From Escherichia coli (GTDB lineage Bacteria; Pseudomonadota; Gammaproteobacteria; Enterobacterales; Enterobacteriaceae): a stretch of 64,000 nt of DNA. Below, in pieces: positions 36,804 to 48,807 of this stretch. Both the position numbers and the translations under genes were made by a program. The notes beneath the pieces are model-generated. The model had not been told where the DNA came from. It worked only from the letters and a program-made list of their open reading frames with translations, and ran no database searches. The stretch lies in assembly GCF_045037415.1 (NCBI RefSeq), contig NZ_CP173438.1. One strand, 5' to 3'. Positions within the stretch are counted from its first letter, which is position 1. Every line of letters starts with the position of its first letter.

Positions 36804-37580
36804 ATGCTGATTCTTATTTCACCTGCGAAAACGCTTGATTACCAAAGCCCGTTGACCACCACGCGCTATACGCTGCCGGAGCTGTTAGACAACTCCCAGC
36901 AGCTGATCCATGAAGCGCGGAAACTGACGCCCCCGCAGATTAGCTCCCTGATGCGCATCAGCGATAAACTGGCGGGTATCAACGCCGCTCGCTTTCATGA
37001 CTGGCAGCCAGATTTCACACCGGAAAATGCCCGCCAGGCAATTCTGGCGTTTAAAGGTGATGTCTACACTGGCTTGCAGGCCGAAACCTTCAGCGAAGAC
37101 GATTTCGATTTTGCCCAACAGCATTTGCGAATGCTTTCCGGCTTGTATGGCGTACTGCGCCCGCTCGATTTAATGCAGCCTTATCGTCTGGAAATGGGGA
37201 TACGTCTTGAGAATGCCCGAGGGAAAGATCTGTATCAATTCTGGGGAGATATCATCACCAACAAGCTGAACGAGGCGCTCGCAGCACAAGGCGATAATGT
37301 AGTGATAAATCTGGCGTCAGATGAGTATTTTAAATCGGTGAAGCCGAAGAAATTGAATGCCGAGATTATCAAGCCAGTGTTCCTCGATGAGAAGAACGGC
37401 AAATTTAAGATAATCAGCTTCTACGCTAAGAAAGCACGCGGTCTGATGAGTCGTTTCATTATTGAAAATCGGCTGACCAAACCAGAGCAACTAACTGGTT
37501 TTAATAGCGAAGGTTACTTCTTTGATGAAGCTTCCTCCAGCAATGGCGAACTGGTGTTTAAACGCTACGAGCAGCGTTAA
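36804..37580 (+). CDS. yaaA: Peroxide stress protein YaaA (UPF0246), 258 aa
   Basis: [19 protein letters not shown]... same size and position. Confidence 0.9.
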   Translation: MLILISPAKTLDYQSPLTTTRYTLPELLDNSQQLIHEARKLTPPQISSLMRISDKLAGINAARFHDWQPDFTPENARQAILAFKGDVYTGLQAETFSEDDFDFAQQHLRMLSGLYGVLRPLDLMQPYRLEMGIRLENARGKDLYQFWGDIITNKLNEALAAQGDNVVINLASDEYFKSVKPKKLNAEIIKPVFLDEKNGKFKIISFYAKKARGLMSRFIIENRLTKPEQLTGFNSEGYFFDEASSSNGELVFKRYEQR

Positions 37581-37619
37581 GTTTGTAGTCAATGCCGGAT
37601 GGCAATCCGGCATTGATAT

Positions 37620-37916
37620 TTAGCGATGATGTTTGTCAGGCCCCGGACGATGATCGCCACGATGATCATTGTGCTTGTTATGGCGCGGCGATGGCGGCGG
37701 TCCATATGGGTGCCAGCGATTGCCTCGCCATTCATAATGTTGTTTCCACCAGCCGTGGTCGCGCCAGTGACCGCCATCCCAGTAATAGCCACGATTATCA
37801 CGATCGCCTATCTGTAATTTTACTGACGGGACTAGCGTAATTTCCGCAGCCTGCGCTGCCATGGGAGCGAACAGAACCAGGGAAAGTGCGAGTACGATAG
37901 ATTGCATCTTTTTCAC
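37620..37916 (-). CDS. yaaX: Small secreted His/Arg/Trp-rich protein (DUF2502), 98 aa
   Basis: Signal peptide [23 protein letters not shown] followed by a low-complexity [17 protein letters not shown] region. Confidence 0.8.
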   Translation of the reverse strand: MKKMQSIVLALSLVLFAPMAAQAAEITLVPSVKLQIGDRDNRGYYWDGGHWRDHGWWKQHYEWRGNRWHPYGPPPSPRHNKHNDHRGDHRPGPDKHHR

Positions 37917-38073
37917 AGGTTACTCCTTTTATCATTGCCCGTTATGGGTCGATATCCGGAGATTACGCGATGAGAACGGCAGTTGTTATTCTCCGCAATC
38001 CTAATCTCTAAGTTACCGCATTTATTGAGAATTTCTCCTTTTTCCCTGTCGTTTTTCTCCATATTTTCTTCAT

Positions 38074-38110
38074 AAAAAAGCCGGGCTGCATAAAAGCAAA
38101 CCCGGCCTGA
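38074..38110 (-). terminator. thr operon intrinsic terminator downstream of thrC
   Basis: Minus strand: aggccgggtttgcttttatgcagcccggcttttttat (GC-rich hairpin plus T-run). Confidence 0.6.
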
Positions 38111-38129
38111 TTGAGATAATGAATAGATG

Positions 38130-39416
38130 TTACTGATGATTCATCATCAATTTACGCAACGCAGCAAAATCGGCGGGCAGGTTATGCGAAAGCAAGGGTA
38201 AATCAGCACGTTCTGCCAGCTCTTTTGGCAGATCCAACGTTTCACCGAGAATCGCTTCCACGCTCTCTTTAAATTTTGCCGGATGCGCGGTGCCGAGGAA
38301 CAAGCCATATTCGCCTGGATTCAACTGGTCACGCAGCGCACGATAAGCTACGGCAGCGTGCGGCTCCGAGGTATAGCCCAGTTCTTTTAACTCACGCATT
38401 GTCTGTTGCGTGGTTTCATCATCCACGGCTGCATACCCCAGCTCTTTCAGTTGCCAGATTTTGCGGCGGAACAACTCTTCCACACGCGGCCAGTTGTTTG
38501 GCTGGCTAACATCCATCGCATTGGATAACGTCGCCTGAGTCGCTTTGGGTGACCACTGACCGCCGTGCAGGAAACGTGGCACGGTATCATTCACGTTGGT
38601 CGCAGCAATAAAACGCTTCACCGGCAGGCCAAGAGATTTCGCCAGCAGGCCCGCTGTCAAATCGCCGAAGTTACCGCTCGGCACCGAGACAACCAGCTGG
38701 TTGCGCGCTTCCTGCGGCAACTGCGCCACGGCTTCAAAGTAGTAGCAAATCTGCGCCAGCAAACGGCTGATGTTAATGGAGTTAGCAGAGTTTAGCCCCA
38801 GCGCCACTTTCAGCTCTTCATCATCAAACGCCTGCTTCACCAGCGCCTGACAGGCATCGAAATCGCCGTCGATGGCAACAGTTTCGATATTGCCGCCCAA
38901 TGTACAGAACAGTTTTTCTTGCAGTGGACTGATTTTGCCTCGTGGATAGAGGATAACCACTTTCACATTCGGTAAACCGTAGAAAGCATGAGCCACTGCC
39001 GCTCCAGTATCACCGGATGTCGCGGTCAGAATGGTCACTGGCTTATCGCCCGCAATATGGGTCAGCATTTGTGCCATAAAGCGACCGCCGAAATCTTTAA
39101 ATGCCAGCGTTGGCCCGTGGAACAATTCCAGACAACCGACATCGCTTTCAACATTGGCGACCGGAGCCGGGAAGGCAAACGCCGCACGTACGCGCTCTTC
39201 CAGGATTTCCTGCGGGATTTCATCACCAATAAACGCCGAGAGGATCTTCGCACTGCGGGTGACAAAATCCAGCTTCAGCATCTCATCAATTTCAGTCAGG
39301 CTGAATTCCGGCAGGTCGTGCGGAAAAAACAGCCCCTGATTTTTGCCTAACCCCTGGGTTACGGCTTGCGCAAAGCTGACCTGCTCATTGTGATCTTTCA
39401 GATTGTAGAGTTTCAT
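38130..39416 (-). CDS. thrC: Threonine synthase, 428 aa
   Basis: MKLYNLKDHNEQVSFAQAVTQGLGKNQGLFFPHDLPEF... Confidence 0.97.
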   Translation of the reverse strand: MKLYNLKDHNEQVSFAQAVTQGLGKNQGLFFPHDLPEFSLTEIDEMLKLDFVTRSAKILSAFIGDEIPQEILEERVRAAFAFPAPVANVESDVGCLELFHGPTLAFKDFGGRFMAQMLTHIAGDKPVTILTATSGDTGAAVAHAFYGLPNVKVVILYPRGKISPLQEKLFCTLGGNIETVAIDGDFDACQALVKQAFDDEELKVALGLNSANSINISRLLAQICYYFEAVAQLPQEARNQLVVSVPSGNFGDLTAGLLAKSLGLPVKRFIAATNVNDTVPRFLHGGQWSPKATQATLSNAMDVSQPNNWPRVEELFRRKIWQLKELGYAAVDDETTQQTMRELKELGYTSEPHAAVAYRALRDQLNPGEYGLFLGTAHPAKFKESVEAILGETLDLPKELAERADLPLLSHNLPADFAALRKLMMNHQ

Positions 39417-40349
39417 TTAGTTTTCCAGTACTCGTGCGCCCGCCGTATCCAGCTGGCAAATATGAACAAAACCTTCCTGATTTTGCAGGTAGTTCTTACC
39501 CAACCAGTCGGCAACGCGCTGAGCGGTATCCGGCTTGTCACACAGAGCGAACAAGGTCGGGCCGGAGCCGGAGATACCGCTCGCAACCGCGCCGATTTCC
39601 GCAACCGCCTGCCGCGCCTGCCGGAAGCCAGGCAATAACCGTTCACGGTAGGGTTCAGCGATAACATCTTTCATCAGCTTCGCGGCAAGCTCAGGCTGAC
39701 GGGAATAGCAGGCGTGAATGAATCCTGCCAAATGTCGCCCGTGCGCAATGCAATCCTGGCGGCGATACTGCGCCGGTAAAATAGCCCGGGCTTCTGCCGT
39801 CGAGACTTTAATCCCCGGATACGCCAGCACCCACAGCCACTCATCAAACCCTGGCACTTGCTGACTGATGATGTCGTTTTCTTCAATCATCAACTGCATA
39901 CCACCAAGAAAACACGGTGCCACGTTGTCGTAATGAATGCTGCCGGAGATACGCCCTTCCAACTCGCCCATCAAAGCCAGCAAACGAGTGTCATTAAGCG
40001 GCTTGCCGCAGTGTTCATTCATCGCCATCAGCGCCGCGACCACTGAACAGGCGCTGGAGCCTAAGCCCGAACCGATCGGCATATTCTTTTCCAGAGTCAT
40101 CGCCACTGGAATTTGCTTGCCAAGCTCCTGGCAAAAACGCTCCCAGCACTGATAAACGATATTTTCCCGTGGCTCTGACGGCAGCTTATCGGCAAAGCGT
40201 CCGAGGTTGTTGAGACTGAATGTCTCTGCTGCCTCAACCGTGACTACATCTCCGAGCAATGCACCATCAACAGGTGTCACCGCCGCCCCGAGCACATCAA
40301 ACCCGACGCTCATATTGGCACTGGAAGCCGGGGCATAAACTTTAACCAT
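39417..40349 (-). CDS. thrB: Homoserine kinase, 310 aa
   Basis: [24 protein letters not shown]... GHMP kinase motif [10 protein letters not shown]. Confidence 0.97.
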   Translation of the reverse strand: MVKVYAPASSANMSVGFDVLGAAVTPVDGALLGDVVTVEAAETFSLNNLGRFADKLPSEPRENIVYQCWERFCQELGKQIPVAMTLEKNMPIGSGLGSSACSVVAALMAMNEHCGKPLNDTRLLALMGELEGRISGSIHYDNVAPCFLGGMQLMIEENDIISQQVPGFDEWLWVLAYPGIKVSTAEARAILPAQYRRQDCIAHGRHLAGFIHACYSRQPELAAKLMKDVIAEPYRERLLPGFRQARQAVAEIGAVASGISGSGPTLFALCDKPDTAQRVADWLGKNYLQNQEGFVHICQLDTAGARVLEN

Positions 40350-40350
40350 G

Positions 40351-42813
40351 TCAGACTCCTAACTTCCATGAGAGGGTACGTAGCAGATCAGCAAAGACAC
40401 CGGCAGCTGTAACGTCATTGCCCGCACCATATCCGCGCAGTACCAACGGCAGCGGCTGATAATAGTGGCTATAGAAGGCCAGGGCGTTTTCGCCATTTTT
40501 CACTTTGAACAGCGGATCATTACCATCCACTTCGGCAATCTTCACGCGGCAGACGCCATCTTCATCAATATTGCCAACATAGCGCAAAACTTTTCCTTCA
40601 TCACGAGCCTTCGCCACACGCGCGGCAAAGAGATCGTCGAGCTGTGACAGATTCGCCATAAAAGCGGCAACATCACCCTCGGCGTTAAACTCTGCGGGCA
40701 GCACAGGTTCAATTTCAATATCCGCCAACTCCAGTTCACGTCCCGTTTCACGAGCGAGAATCAATAGTTTACGCGCCACATCCATACCAGAAAGATCATC
40801 TCGCGGGTCCGGTTCGGTATAACCCATTTCCCGCGCCAGTGTGGTCGCCTCGGAGAAACTCATGCCTTCGTCTAACTTGCCGAAGATATAAGAAAGCGAA
40901 CCTGAAAGAATGCCGGAGAACTTCATCAATTCATCACCAGCATTGAGCAGATTTTGCAGGTTCTCAATAACCGGTAATCCAGCCCCAACGTTGGTGTCAT
41001 AGAGGAATTTACGCCGCGATTTTTCCGCCGCATAACGCAACTGATGGTAGTAATCCATCGACGAGGTGTTGGCCTTTTTGTTCGGCGTAACAACGTGGAA
41101 ACCTTCGCGCAGGAAGTCGGCATATTGATCTGCCACAGCCTGGCTGGAAGTACAGTCAACAATGACCGGGTTCAGCAGATGATATTCTTTCACGAGGCGA
41201 ATTAAGCGCCCGAGATTAAACGGCTCTTTGGCTTGCGCCAGTTCTTCCTGCCAGTTTTCCAGATTAAGGCCATGTACATTGGTGAGCAGTGCCTTCGAGT
41301 TAGCAACACCGCAGACACGTAAGTCGATATGTTTATTCTTCAACCAGCTTTGCTGACGCTTCAGTTGCTCCAGCAGCGCACCGCCAACGCCACCGACGCC
41401 AATCACAAACACTTCGATAACCTGATCGGTATTGAACAGCATCTGATGAGTAACGCGCACGCCAGTGGTCGCATCATCGTTATTGACCACGACAGAGATT
41501 GAGCGTTCAGAAGATCCCTGAGCAATGGCGACAATATTGATGTTGGCGCGGGCCAGCGCGGCAAAGAATTTCGCCGAGATCCCACGTAAGGTGCGCATAC
41601 CATCACCTACCACCGAGATAATGGCCAGCCGTTCCGTCACCGCCAACGGCTCCAGTAAGCCTTCTTTCAGTTCCAGGTAGAACTCTTCCTGCATTGCCCG
41701 TTCAGCTCGCACACAGTCGCTTTGCGGAACGCAGAAACTGATACTGTATTCGGAAGATGATTGCGTAATCAGCACCACGGAAATACGGGCGCGTGACATC
41801 GCTGCAAAGACGCGCGCCGCCATGCCAACCATCCCTTTCATCCCCGGGCCGGAAACGCTGAACATTGCCATGTTATTCAGATTGGAAATGCCCTTGACCG
41901 GTAATTCGTCTTCATCACGGCTGGCACCAATGAGCGTACCTGGTGCTTGAGGATTTCCGGTATTTTTAATCAGGCAAGGGATCTGGAACTGGGCGATGGG
42001 GGTAATGGTGCGGGGGTGAAGAACTTTAGCGCCGAAGTAAGAAAGCTCCATCGCTTCCTGATAGGACATCGACTTCAACAACCTCGCATCGGGCACCTGA
42101 CGCGGATCGCAGGTATAAACACCGTCAACATCCGTCCAGATCTCGCAACAATCGGCGCGTAAACAGGCCGCCAGCACCGCAGCGGAGTAGTCGGAACCGT
42201 TGCGTCCCAGAACCACCAGCTCGCCTTTTTCATTACCGGCAGTGAAACCAGCCATCAGCACCATGTGGTCAGCCGGAATGCGGCTTGCCGCAATACGGCG
42301 GGTGGATTCAGCAATATCAACGGTAGATTCGAGGTAATGACCCACTGCCAGCAGTTTTTCGACCGGATCGATAACGGTAACGTTGTGACCACGCGCTTCT
42401 AACACGCCGGCCATAATGGCGATCGACATTTTCTCGCCACGGCAAATCAGCGCAGCGTTGATGCTATCCGGGCACTGCCCCAACAAACTGATGCCATGCA
42501 GGACATGTTTTATTTGGGCAAATTCCTGGTCGACGAAAGTTTTCAATTGTGCCAGCGGAAATCCCGGCTGGGCGGCGGCGAGTCCCGTCAGAAGTTCGGC
42601 AAAAATACGTTCGGCATCGCTGATATTGGGTAAAGCATCCTGGCCGCTAATAGTTTTTTCAATCATCGCTACCAGATGGTTGGTAATTTTGGCGGGGGCA
42701 GAGAGGACGGTCGCCACCTGCCCCTGCCTGGCATTGCTTTCCAGAATATCGGCAACCCGCAGAAAACGTTCTGCATTTGCCACTGATGTACCGCCGAACT
42801 TCAACACTCGCAT
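40351..42813 (-). CDS. thrA: Bifunctional aspartokinase I / homoserine dehydrogenase I, 820 aa
   Basis: [53 protein letters not shown]... Confidence 0.97.
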
Positions 42814-42837
42814 GGTTGTTACCTCGTTACCTTTGGT

Positions 42838-42878
42838 CGAAAAAAAAAGCCCGCACTGTCAGGTGCGGGCTTTTTTCT
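42838..42878 (-). terminator. thr attenuator (leader terminator hairpin)
   Basis: Minus strand: aaaaaagcccgcacctgacagtgcgggcttttttttt between thrL and thrA. Confidence 0.85.
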
Positions 42879-42894
42879 GTGTTTCCTGTACGCG

Positions 42895-42963
<69 letters not shown>

Positions 42964-42994
42964 TGTTGTGTACTCTGTAATTTTTATCTGTCTG

Positions 42995-43040
42995 TGCGCT
43001 ATGCCTATATTGGTTAAAGTATTTAGTGACCTAAGTCAAT
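42995..43040 (-). promoter_or_regulatory. thr operon promoter
   Basis: Minus strand TTGACTtaggtcactaaatactttAACCAAtatagg with the -35 TTGACT at plus 43034..43039. Confidence 0.5.
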
Positions 43041-43173
43041 AAAATTTTAATTTGATCACGGCAGGTAACCAGTTCAGAAGCTGCTATCAGACACTCTTTT
43101 TTTAATCCACACAGAGACATATTGCCCGTTGCAGTCAGAATGAAAAGCTGAAAATCACTTACTAAGGCGTTTT

Positions 43174-43860
43174 TTATTTGGTGATATTTTTTTCAATATC
43201 ATGCAGCAAACGGTGCAACATTGCCGTGTCTCGTTGCTCTAAAAGCCCCAGGCGTTGTTGTAACCAGTCGACCAGTTTTATGTCATCTGCCACTGCCAGA
43301 GTCGTCAGCAATGTCATGGCTCGTTCGCGTAAAGCTTGCAGTTGATGTTGGTCTGCCGTTGTGTCACTTTTCGCCGGTTGTTGTATTAATGTTGCTAATT
43401 GATAGCAATAGACCATCACCGCCTGCCCCAGATTGAGCGAAGGATAATCCGCCACCATCGGCACACCAGTAAGAACGTCAGCCAACGCTAACTCTTCGTT
43501 AGTCAGCCCGGAATCTTCGCGACCAAACACCAGAGCGGCATGGCTCATCCATGAAGATTTTTCCTCTAACAGCGGCACCAGTTCTACTGGCGTAGCGTAG
43601 TAATGATATTTCGCCCGACTGCGCGCAGTGGTGGCGACAGTGAAATCGACATCGTGTAACGATTCAGCTAGTGTCTTGAAAACTTTAATATTATCAATAA
43701 TATCACCAGATCCATGTGCGACCCAACGGGCGGCTGGCTCCAGGTACGCCTGACTATCGACAATCCGCAGTTCGCTAAAACCCATCGTTTTCATTGCCCG
43801 CGCCGCTGCCCCAATATTTTCTGCTCTGGCGGGTGCAACCAGAATAATCGTTATACGCAT
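43174..43860 (-). CDS. lasT: SpoU-family tRNA/rRNA 2'-O-methyltransferase, 228 aa
   Basis: MRITIILVAPARAENIGAAARAMKTMGF... SPOUT fold; the ORF-track start at 43881 is 7 codons upstream. Confidence 0.85.
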   Translation of the reverse strand: MRITIILVAPARAENIGAAARAMKTMGFSELRIVDSQAYLEPAARWVAHGSGDIIDNIKVFKTLAESLHDVDFTVATTARSRAKYHYYATPVELVPLLEEKSSWMSHAALVFGREDSGLTNEELALADVLTGVPMVADYPSLNLGQAVMVYCYQLATLIQQPAKSDTTADQHQLQALRERAMTLLTTLAVADDIKLVDWLQQRLGLLEQRDTAMLHRLLHDIEKNITK

Positions 43861-44259
43861 ATTGCCACTCTTCTTGACCAAATAACCGCGAACAGGGTGA
43901 TCACCGTCAACTTATTACGCGGTGAGAATTTACAAATTCTTAACGTAAGTCGCAGAAAAAGCCCTTTACTTAGCTTAAAAAAGGCTAAACTATTTCCTGA
44001 CTGTACTAACGATTGAATTGTTAAAAAATGCTACATATCCTTCTGTTTACTTAGGATAATTTTATAAAAAATAAATCTCGATAATTGGATTCACCACGTT
44101 TATTAGTTGTATGATGCAACTAGTTGGATTATTAAAATAATGTGACGAAAGCTAGCATTTAGATACGATCATTTCATCAAACTGTTAACGTGCTACAATT
44201 GAACTTGATATATGTCAACGAAGCGTAGTTTTATTGGGTGTCCTGCCCCTCTTAGCCTG

Positions 44260-44400
44260 TTATATTGCTGTTAAAATGGTTAGGATGACAGCCGTTTTTG
44301 ACACTGTCGGGTCCTGAGGGAAAGTACCCACGACCAAGCTAATGATGTTGTTGACGTTGATGGAAAGTGCATCAAGAACGCAATTACGTACTTTAGTCAT
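44260..44400 (-). CDS. yjjY: Small protein YjjY, 46 aa
   Basis: Minus-strand translation MTKVRNCVLDALSINVNNIISLVVGTFPQDPTVSKTAVILTILTAI*; below the ORF-track size cut-off, found by hand. Confidence 0.55.
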   Translation of the reverse strand: MTKVRNCVLDALSINVNNIISLVVGTFPQDPTVSKTAVILTILTAI

Positions 44401-44495
44401 GTTACGCCGATCATGTTAATTTGCAGCATGCATCAGGCAGGTCAGGGACTTTTGTACTTCCTGTTTCGATTTAGTTGGCAATTTAGGTAGCAAAC

Positions 44496-45212
44496 ATGCA
44501 GACCCCGCACATTCTTATCGTTGAAGACGAGTTGGTAACACGCAACACGTTGAAAAGTATTTTCGAAGCGGAAGGCTATGATGTTTTCGAAGCGACAGAT
44601 GGCGCGGAAATGCATCAGATCCTCTCTGAATATGACATCAACCTGGTGATCATGGATATCAATCTGCCGGGTAAGAACGGTCTTCTGTTAGCGCGTGAAC
44701 TGCGCGAGCAGGCGAATGTTGCGTTGATGTTCCTGACTGGCCGTGACAACGAAGTCGATAAAATTCTCGGCCTCGAAATCGGTGCAGATGACTACATCAC
44801 CAAACCGTTCAACCCGCGTGAACTGACTATTCGTGCACGCAACCTGCTGTCCCGTACCATGAATCTGGGTACTGTCAGCGAAGAACGTCGTAGCGTTGAA
44901 AGCTACAAGTTCAATGGTTGGGAACTGGACATCAACAGCCGTTCGTTGATCGGCCCTGATGGCGAGCAGTACAAGCTGCCGCGCAGCGAGTTCCGCGCCA
45001 TGCTTCACTTCTGTGAAAACCCAGGTAAAATTCAGTCCCGTGCTGAACTGCTGAAGAAAATGACCGGCCGTGAGCTGAAACCGCACGACCGTACTGTAGA
45101 CGTGACGATCCGCCGTATTCGTAAACATTTCGAATCTACGCCGGATACGCCGGAAATCATCGCCACCATTCACGGTGAAGGTTATCGCTTCTGCGGTGAT
45201 CTGGAAGATTAA
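44496..45212 (+). CDS. arcA: Aerobic respiration control response regulator ArcA, 238 aa
   Basis: [43 protein letters not shown]... receiver plus OmpR-type winged helix. Confidence 0.97.
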
Positions 45213-45229
45213 TCGGCTTTACCACCGTC

Positions 45230-45265
45230 AAAAAAAACGGCGCTTTTTAGCGCCGTTTTTATTTT
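45230..45265. terminator. Bidirectional intrinsic terminator between convergent arcA and creD
   Basis: aaaaaaaacggcgc-ttttt-agcgccgtttttattttt: GC stem flanked by an A-run upstream and T-run downstream. Confidence 0.7.
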
Positions 45266-45271
45266 TCAACA

Positions 45272-46624
45272 TTATTTCCAGATACGTAACTCATCGTCCA
45301 TGGTAACTTCTTTACTGGCTTTCATTTTCGGCAGTGAAAACGCATACCAGTCGATATTACGGGTCACAAACATCATGCCGGCCAGCGCCACCACCAGCAC
45401 ACTGGTTCCCAACAACAGCGCGCTATCGGCAGAGTTGAGCAGTCCCCACATCACACCATCCAGCAACAACAGCACGAGGGTAAACAACATGCTATTACGC
45501 CAGCCTTTCAATACCGCCTGCAAATAAATACCGTTCATTAACGCCCCAATCAGACTGGCGATTATCCATGCCACAGTAAAACCGGTATGTTCAGAAAGCG
45601 CCAGCAAGAGCAAATAAAACATCACCAATGAAAGCCCCACCAGCAAATATTGCATTGGGTGTAAACGTTGCGCGGTGAGCGTTTCAAAAACAAAGAATGC
45701 CATAAAAGTCAGCGCAATCAGCAGAATGGCGTACTTAGTCGCCCGGTCCGTTAATTGGTATTGATCGGCTGGCGTCGTCACTGCGACGCTAAACGCGGGG
45801 AAGTTTTCCCAGCCGGTATCATTGCCTGAAGCAAAACGCTCACCGAGATTATTAGCAAACCAGCTACTTTGCCATTGCGCTTGAAAACCTGACTCGCTAA
45901 CTTCCCGTTTGGCTGGTAGAAAATCACCTAAAAAACTGGGATGCGGCCAGTTGCTGGTTAAGGTCATTTCGCTATTACGCCCGCCAGGCACCACAGAAAG
46001 ATCGCCGGTACCGCTTAAATTCAGCGCCACATTCAGCTTCAGGTTCTGCTTGCGCAAGTCCCCTTCGGGTAAAGGGATATGCACGCCCTGCCCGCCTTGC
46101 TCTAACCCGGTGCCGGGTTCAATGGTCAGCGCCGTACCGTTAACTTCAGGCGCTTTCACCACACCAATACCACGCGCATCCCCGACGCTAATCACAATAA
46201 ATGGCTTGCCTAAGGTGATATTTGGCGCGTCGAGTTCGCTAAGACGCGAAACATCGAAATCGGCTTTTAGCGTTAAATCACTGTGCCAGACCTGACCGGT
46301 ATAGATGCCTATCTTGCGTTCTTCCACATTCTGATTGCCATCAACCATCAATGACTCAGGTAACCAAAAATGAATAAAACTTCGTTTCCGCTCCACGGTT
46401 TTATCGTCTTCCTGCACCGTATAAAGCTCGGTCACAGGAATAGCGATGAGCGGCCCAACGAGTTTTTGCGGCCCGCTGGTACTTTGGCGAATCACATCTT
46501 CCACATCGCTACGGTAATCGGCACGTTCGACAATCACCTGCCGAATCAGCATTATCGGAATCAACAACAGCAATACTGCACCAAACAAGGTGGTCATTTT
46601 CCAGAACAGGGGGGATTTCAACAT
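45272..46624 (-). CDS. creD: Inner-membrane protein CreD, 450 aa
   Basis: Same size and order creA-creB-creC-creD. Confidence 0.93.
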   Translation of the reverse strand: MLKSPLFWKMTTLFGAVLLLLIPIMLIRQVIVERADYRSDVEDVIRQSTSGPQKLVGPLIAIPVTELYTVQEDDKTVERKRSFIHFWLPESLMVDGNQNVEERKIGIYTGQVWHSDLTLKADFDVSRLSELDAPNITLGKPFIVISVGDARGIGVVKAPEVNGTALTIEPGTGLEQGGQGVHIPLPEGDLRKQNLKLNVALNLSGTGDLSVVPGGRNSEMTLTSNWPHPSFLGDFLPAKREVSESGFQAQWQSSWFANNLGERFASGNDTGWENFPAFSVAVTTPADQYQLTDRATKYAILLIALTFMAFFVFETLTAQRLHPMQYLLVGLSLVMFYLLLLALSEHTGFTVAWIIASLIGALMNGIYLQAVLKGWRNSMLFTLVLLLLDGVMWGLLNSADSALLLGTSVLVVALAGMMFVTRNIDWYAFSLPKMKASKEVTMDDELRIWK

Positions 46625-46681
46625 AGTCTTCTCCTTTGCAATGACAGCAGGATACGAAGGCTATGTGGGAAGAATTTGAAG

Positions 46682-48106
46682 CTATGTGAAGTGACGGTGA
46701 AGTCGAAGCGAGGCCAGCACGCCACCTTCCTGCACGTTGCGCAGCGTGACTTCGCCGTTAAACAAACGGGCGACCTCACTGACAAACGCCAACCCCAGAC
46801 CGCTGCTTTTTTGCCCATTTGCACGCGGCAAAGAGTAAAAGCGTTCAAAAATACGTGACAGCGCGTAGTCAGGAATCCCACTACCGGTATCCAGCACCTT
46901 AAGGGTGACGTATTCCTGATCCACTTCGGCGCTTAGCGTTATGCGACCGCTCTCGGGAGTAAAATCGATGGCGTTATCCAGTAAATTCCCCAGCGCCTGC
47001 TCCAGTAACGCCGGTTCAGCAGCAACGTTAATCTCAGTAGGCATAACATGCAAAGTGATGTTTTTTTCTGCCAACTGCACGGTGCGCGCTTCGCTGACGC
47101 GGCGAAATAATGCCGCCACATCAACAGCAGTCAGAACGACTTCCTGACGATTCTCCAGTCTTGCCTGGCGTAGTAACGTTTCCACCAGTGCCTGCATTCG
47201 CGCATTTTGCGTCAGAATGTTGTCGGTAAAACGAGCCACCACTTCCGGCGGCGGACCTTCGCGTAAAATTTCCGCCGCGCCACGAATCGCCGCCAGTGGG
47301 CTTTTTAGCTCATGAGTTAACGCATAAACATACTGCTCAATATAGTTTTTCCCTTCCAGCTTCACGCGCATACTTTCCAGCGCCTGCGCGAGTTTACGCA
47401 GCTCGCTACTACCGAGATCGGGGAGAGGAACGGGCTTATTGTCAGTGACGGAATCAGCATAGCGAGTGAGCCGGGCAATAGAGCGGTTGATCCACCAAAC
47501 CATGCCTGCGCCAATCACCAGTGCAATCCCCAACAAAATGGCGCTGGCCCATAAAATTCGCCGCTCGCTACGCTTAATGACCGGGGCCATCGCCGCGTTC
47601 GGTTTGCCTACGCTCAAAACGCCAATAAGCCGCGAGCCGTCCATAATCGGCGCGGCAACATACATCACAGAACTTTCGGGATCGGCAGGATTTTGCAACG
47701 TGCTGCGCGCACCATACTGACCACGCAACGTTAGCCAGACGTCATTCCAGCGCGAATAATCCTGTCCAACGGCTTTATTTGCCGAATCAAACAATACTTT
47801 GCCCTGCGCATCGGTCATATAGACATGATATTCGTTGCGCACTTTGTTAATGCCACCGATATTGGCGCGAAACGGGCGATGTTGTAGCTGATTAAACGCC
47901 TGCGCCAGTTGCCCATGCGTTGGGTCCCCAGAGAGCAAATCGGGACGCGCCAGCTCCGCCAGCAACGTTGCGGTGTCGATTAACGTCCCCTCGGTTGCTC
48001 TTCGCACGCCCGGTTTAACTTCTTTGACAAAAATAGCCAGTACGAACCAGGCCGCCACCGCCACCAGTAAAAAATAGCCCAGCAACAACCGCATGCCGAT
48101 ACGCAT
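46682..48106 (-). CDS. creC: Sensor histidine kinase CreC, 474 aa
   Basis: H-box ...ELKSPLAAIRGAAEIL... and ATPase G-boxes. Confidence 0.95.
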   Translation of the reverse strand: MRIGMRLLLGYFLLVAVAAWFVLAIFVKEVKPGVRRATEGTLIDTATLLAELARPDLLSGDPTHGQLAQAFNQLQHRPFRANIGGINKVRNEYHVYMTDAQGKVLFDSANKAVGQDYSRWNDVWLTLRGQYGARSTLQNPADPESSVMYVAAPIMDGSRLIGVLSVGKPNAAMAPVIKRSERRILWASAILLGIALVIGAGMVWWINRSIARLTRYADSVTDNKPVPLPDLGSSELRKLAQALESMRVKLEGKNYIEQYVYALTHELKSPLAAIRGAAEILREGPPPEVVARFTDNILTQNARMQALVETLLRQARLENRQEVVLTAVDVAALFRRVSEARTVQLAEKNITLHVMPTEINVAAEPALLEQALGNLLDNAIDFTPESGRITLSAEVDQEYVTLKVLDTGSGIPDYALSRIFERFYSLPRANGQKSSGLGLAFVSEVARLFNGEVTLRNVQEGGVLASLRLHRHFT

Positions 48107-48795
48107 TACAGGCCCCTCAGGCTATATCCCATGCCGCGATGAGTATTAATCGGTGAAAGATCGGGGTTGATGGCGCGCAGCTTGGCACGCAGCGTTTTAA
48201 TGTGGGTATCGACGGTGCGATCGTAGGTGTCCTGCGCATCTTCCCACACGCTATCCATTAGTTGCTGGCGGGACCAGACGCGGCCCGGCGACTTGAGTAA
48301 CGTCTTCAGCAATAAAAACTCATACCGCGTCAGCGTTAATGGCGTGTCAAACCAGCTGATCTGCGCCGCAGGTTCATTCAATTCAAAATGACCAATACGG
48401 ATAACGGGAGACGGCGTCGAGAACTTCTTCACCCGACGCAGTAAGGTGCGCACTCTGGCGCACACTTCGCGAGGTGAAAACGGTTTAGCCACGTAGTCGT
48501 CAGCGCCAATTTCCAGCCCAAGCAGGCGATCGACCTCTTCACTTCGGGCCGTCAGGAACAGTACAGGTAACGCCGGATGGAGCGCCAGTAACTGGCGGCA
48601 CAATTCAAAGCCGCTGATATCAGGCAAACCAACATCGAGAATCATGACATCGGGAACCTGCTGGCGAGCTTTATCCAGCACTGGCAAGCCTCGCTCAAAG
48701 ACCTCGACGCCAAAACCTTCCTGTTGCAACATGTAGACCAGCGTATCGGCTATCCCTTGCTCGTCTTCTACTAACCAGACCGTTTCCCGTTGCAT
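48106..48795 (-). CDS. creB: Response regulator CreB, 229 aa
   Basis: MQRETVWLVEDEQGIADTLVYMLQQEGF... OmpR family. Confidence 0.95.
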   Translation of the reverse strand: MQRETVWLVEDEQGIADTLVYMLQQEGFGVEVFERGLPVLDKARQQVPDVMILDVGLPDISGFELCRQLLALHPALPVLFLTARSEEVDRLLGLEIGADDYVAKPFSPREVCARVRTLLRRVKKFSTPSPVIRIGHFELNEPAAQISWFDTPLTLTRYEFLLLKTLLKSPGRVWSRQQLMDSVWEDAQDTYDRTVDTHIKTLRAKLRAINPDLSPINTHRGMGYSLRGL

Positions 48796-48807
48796 AAATC
48801 GCCTCTG